From Tubiluchus corallicola (taxonomy: Eukaryota; Animalia; Priapulida): DNA of 38,461 bases. The translations under genes and the position numbers were made by a program. Below, in pieces: positions 36,926 to 38,461 of the stretch (the first letter of the stretch is position 1; every line of letters begins with the position of its first letter). The stretch is taken from positions 1-38,461 of the forward strand of contig JAQGDQ010001487.1 of assembly GCA_030141605.1 (NCBI GenBank), in the 5' to 3' direction. Below the pieces are notes generated by a model that was not told the DNA's origin, searched no databases, and saw only the letters and a program-made list of their open reading frames with translations.

Positions 36926-38461
36926 CATTAGTATAGACAGTAAGGAATATCTTTATAGAGACAGACTGATCCTTAATGAACAGCAGAAAAATGCAGGGAA
37001 GCAAAACTGGGACCTAGTCTTAAACTGTAGGTCAAAACAATCTACTCTTTAAAATATTGAAAGAAAATGTATTATTTTTCTAAAATGACTTGCGTGGAAG
37101 AATTATTACCACACAAACAGGCACTAGTACTAGCGCCCGCATTTCGGAAATGCAGAAAAAACAGGCGCTGTACCTCTCAACTCCGATGTGTCTTAGTTCG
37201 TGACGAACTACATACGTTCAACAGTTCATGCTTTAGCGCAGTGTTAAATTTGAAATTTGAATTTTTGTCTTAAAACTTGCCTAGTTTTAGTACAACGCAC
37301 TAAATATCTTACAGTAGCACTGTTATAATATCTTATTACCTTTGTCATTATTATTATTATTATTATTATTATTAAAAAAATATAACTCTTTATTTTGAGC
37401 ATATAAACGTATATATATATACATGCGCCCTCTATTTGCAGAGTTCTTACAGGAAGACAGGATGATTTTTCACATACTACCCCATTTTCAAGTCCAATAA
37501 AAAGTATACATTTTAACACAATTAATACTGCATAAGCGTTTCTAAATAACGGATCAAAAACTTTATTAACGGTGGGTGAGCCCAACTAGTGATGACATCA
37601 CAAACGAACATAATTTTCAACAGGAAAAACATTCCGTGAGCGTATTGCACGTGTTTGCGAAAGCGAAAATTGAAGTACAGTGCTACTGTAAGATATTCAG
37701 TGTGTTGTACTAAAGCTAGGCAAGTTTTAAGATAAAATTTCAAATTTTCTGCTGTGCTCACGCATGAGCTGTCAAACGTGTGCAGTTCATTACAAACTAA
37801 CACATCTGAACTGAAAAGGTACAGCACCTGTTTTTTGTACAATATGTTTTCGAAATGCCGGCGCTGGTGCCCATCTAACTAGCGAATGGCGAAATGCATG
37901 TAACAACGAAGAACTAGTGGTGCGAACGTGAAATTGTGTTTGTGTGGTAATAATTCTTTCACGTAAGTCATTTTTGAAAAAATAGTATGTTTCCTTTCAA
38001 TATTTAAGTTATATTAATAATAATAATAATAATAATGACAAAGTAATAAAGATATTATAACAGTGCTTATATAGGTATTTAGTGAAATTGTGTTGTACTA
38101 AAACTAAAACAGATTTTAAGACAAAAATTCAAATTTCAAATTTGCTACTGCCGCTAAAGCATGACTGTTGAACATATCGTAGTTCGTCACGAACTTTAAG
38201 ACATCGAAATTGAGAGTACAGCACCTGTTTTTCTGCATTTCCAATGCGGAGCATAGTACTAGATGCCTGTTTGTGTGGTAATAATTCTTCCACGCAAGTC
38301 ATTTTTGAAAATAGTATATTTTCTTTCAATATTTTAAAGAGTAGATTGTTTTGACCTACAGTTTAAGACTGGGTCCCAGTTTTGCTTCCCTGCATTTTTC
38401 TGCTATCCATTAAGGATGAGTCTGTCTCTATATAGACATTTCTTACTGTCTATACTAATGA
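36926..38461. repeat. Long inverted duplication: ~36926-37372 versus ~38015-38461, running off the window end
   Basis: The window end, reverse-complemented, reads TCATTAGTATAGACAGTAAG..., matching 36926 onward and staying colinear to the (ATT)n/(AAT)n tracts. Confidence 0.9.
37450..37996 (+). mobile_element. Most complete copy of the MITE-like family (AGG...CCT ends, TTAA-like flank; possibly Kolobok-type)
   Basis: Starts AGGAAGACA and ends TGTTTCCT; the partial copy at 36475 begins TTAA|AGGAAGAGAGGAT. Superfamily is inference. Confidence 0.55.

Overview
Eukaryotic, most likely invertebrate animal, AT-rich genomic DNA with spliceosomal introns; nothing here is prokaryotic. Bases 1-13.7 kb hold a head-to-tail tandem array of four intact two-exon genes. 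Exon 1 encodes a signal peptide plus a PAN/Apple-like domain and exon 2 a C-type lectin domain (CTLD). Exon 1 is nearly identical in all copies, but the copy 4 CTLD is only about 54% identical to copies 1-3 by hand alignment (QPD versus QPN motif), and all four CTLDs lack the inner disulfide. A young non-autonomous LTR retroelement (2189-4302, minus strand, 353-bp LTRs, ATAT target-site duplication) sits behind copy 1 and carries a degenerate tRNA-like segment and hairpin repeats. The rest of the window is mostly five unrelated minisatellite arrays (83, 56, 57, 66 and 28 bp units), microsatellites, a TTAGGG-like tract, MITE-like dispersed repeats and a terminal inverted duplication. Two 90-nt phase-0 exons on the minus strand (26216-26305 and 22711-22800) suggest a gene beginning MGNC that the ORF track misses. 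The long ORFs over the satellites are judged artefacts. All alignments were done by eye.
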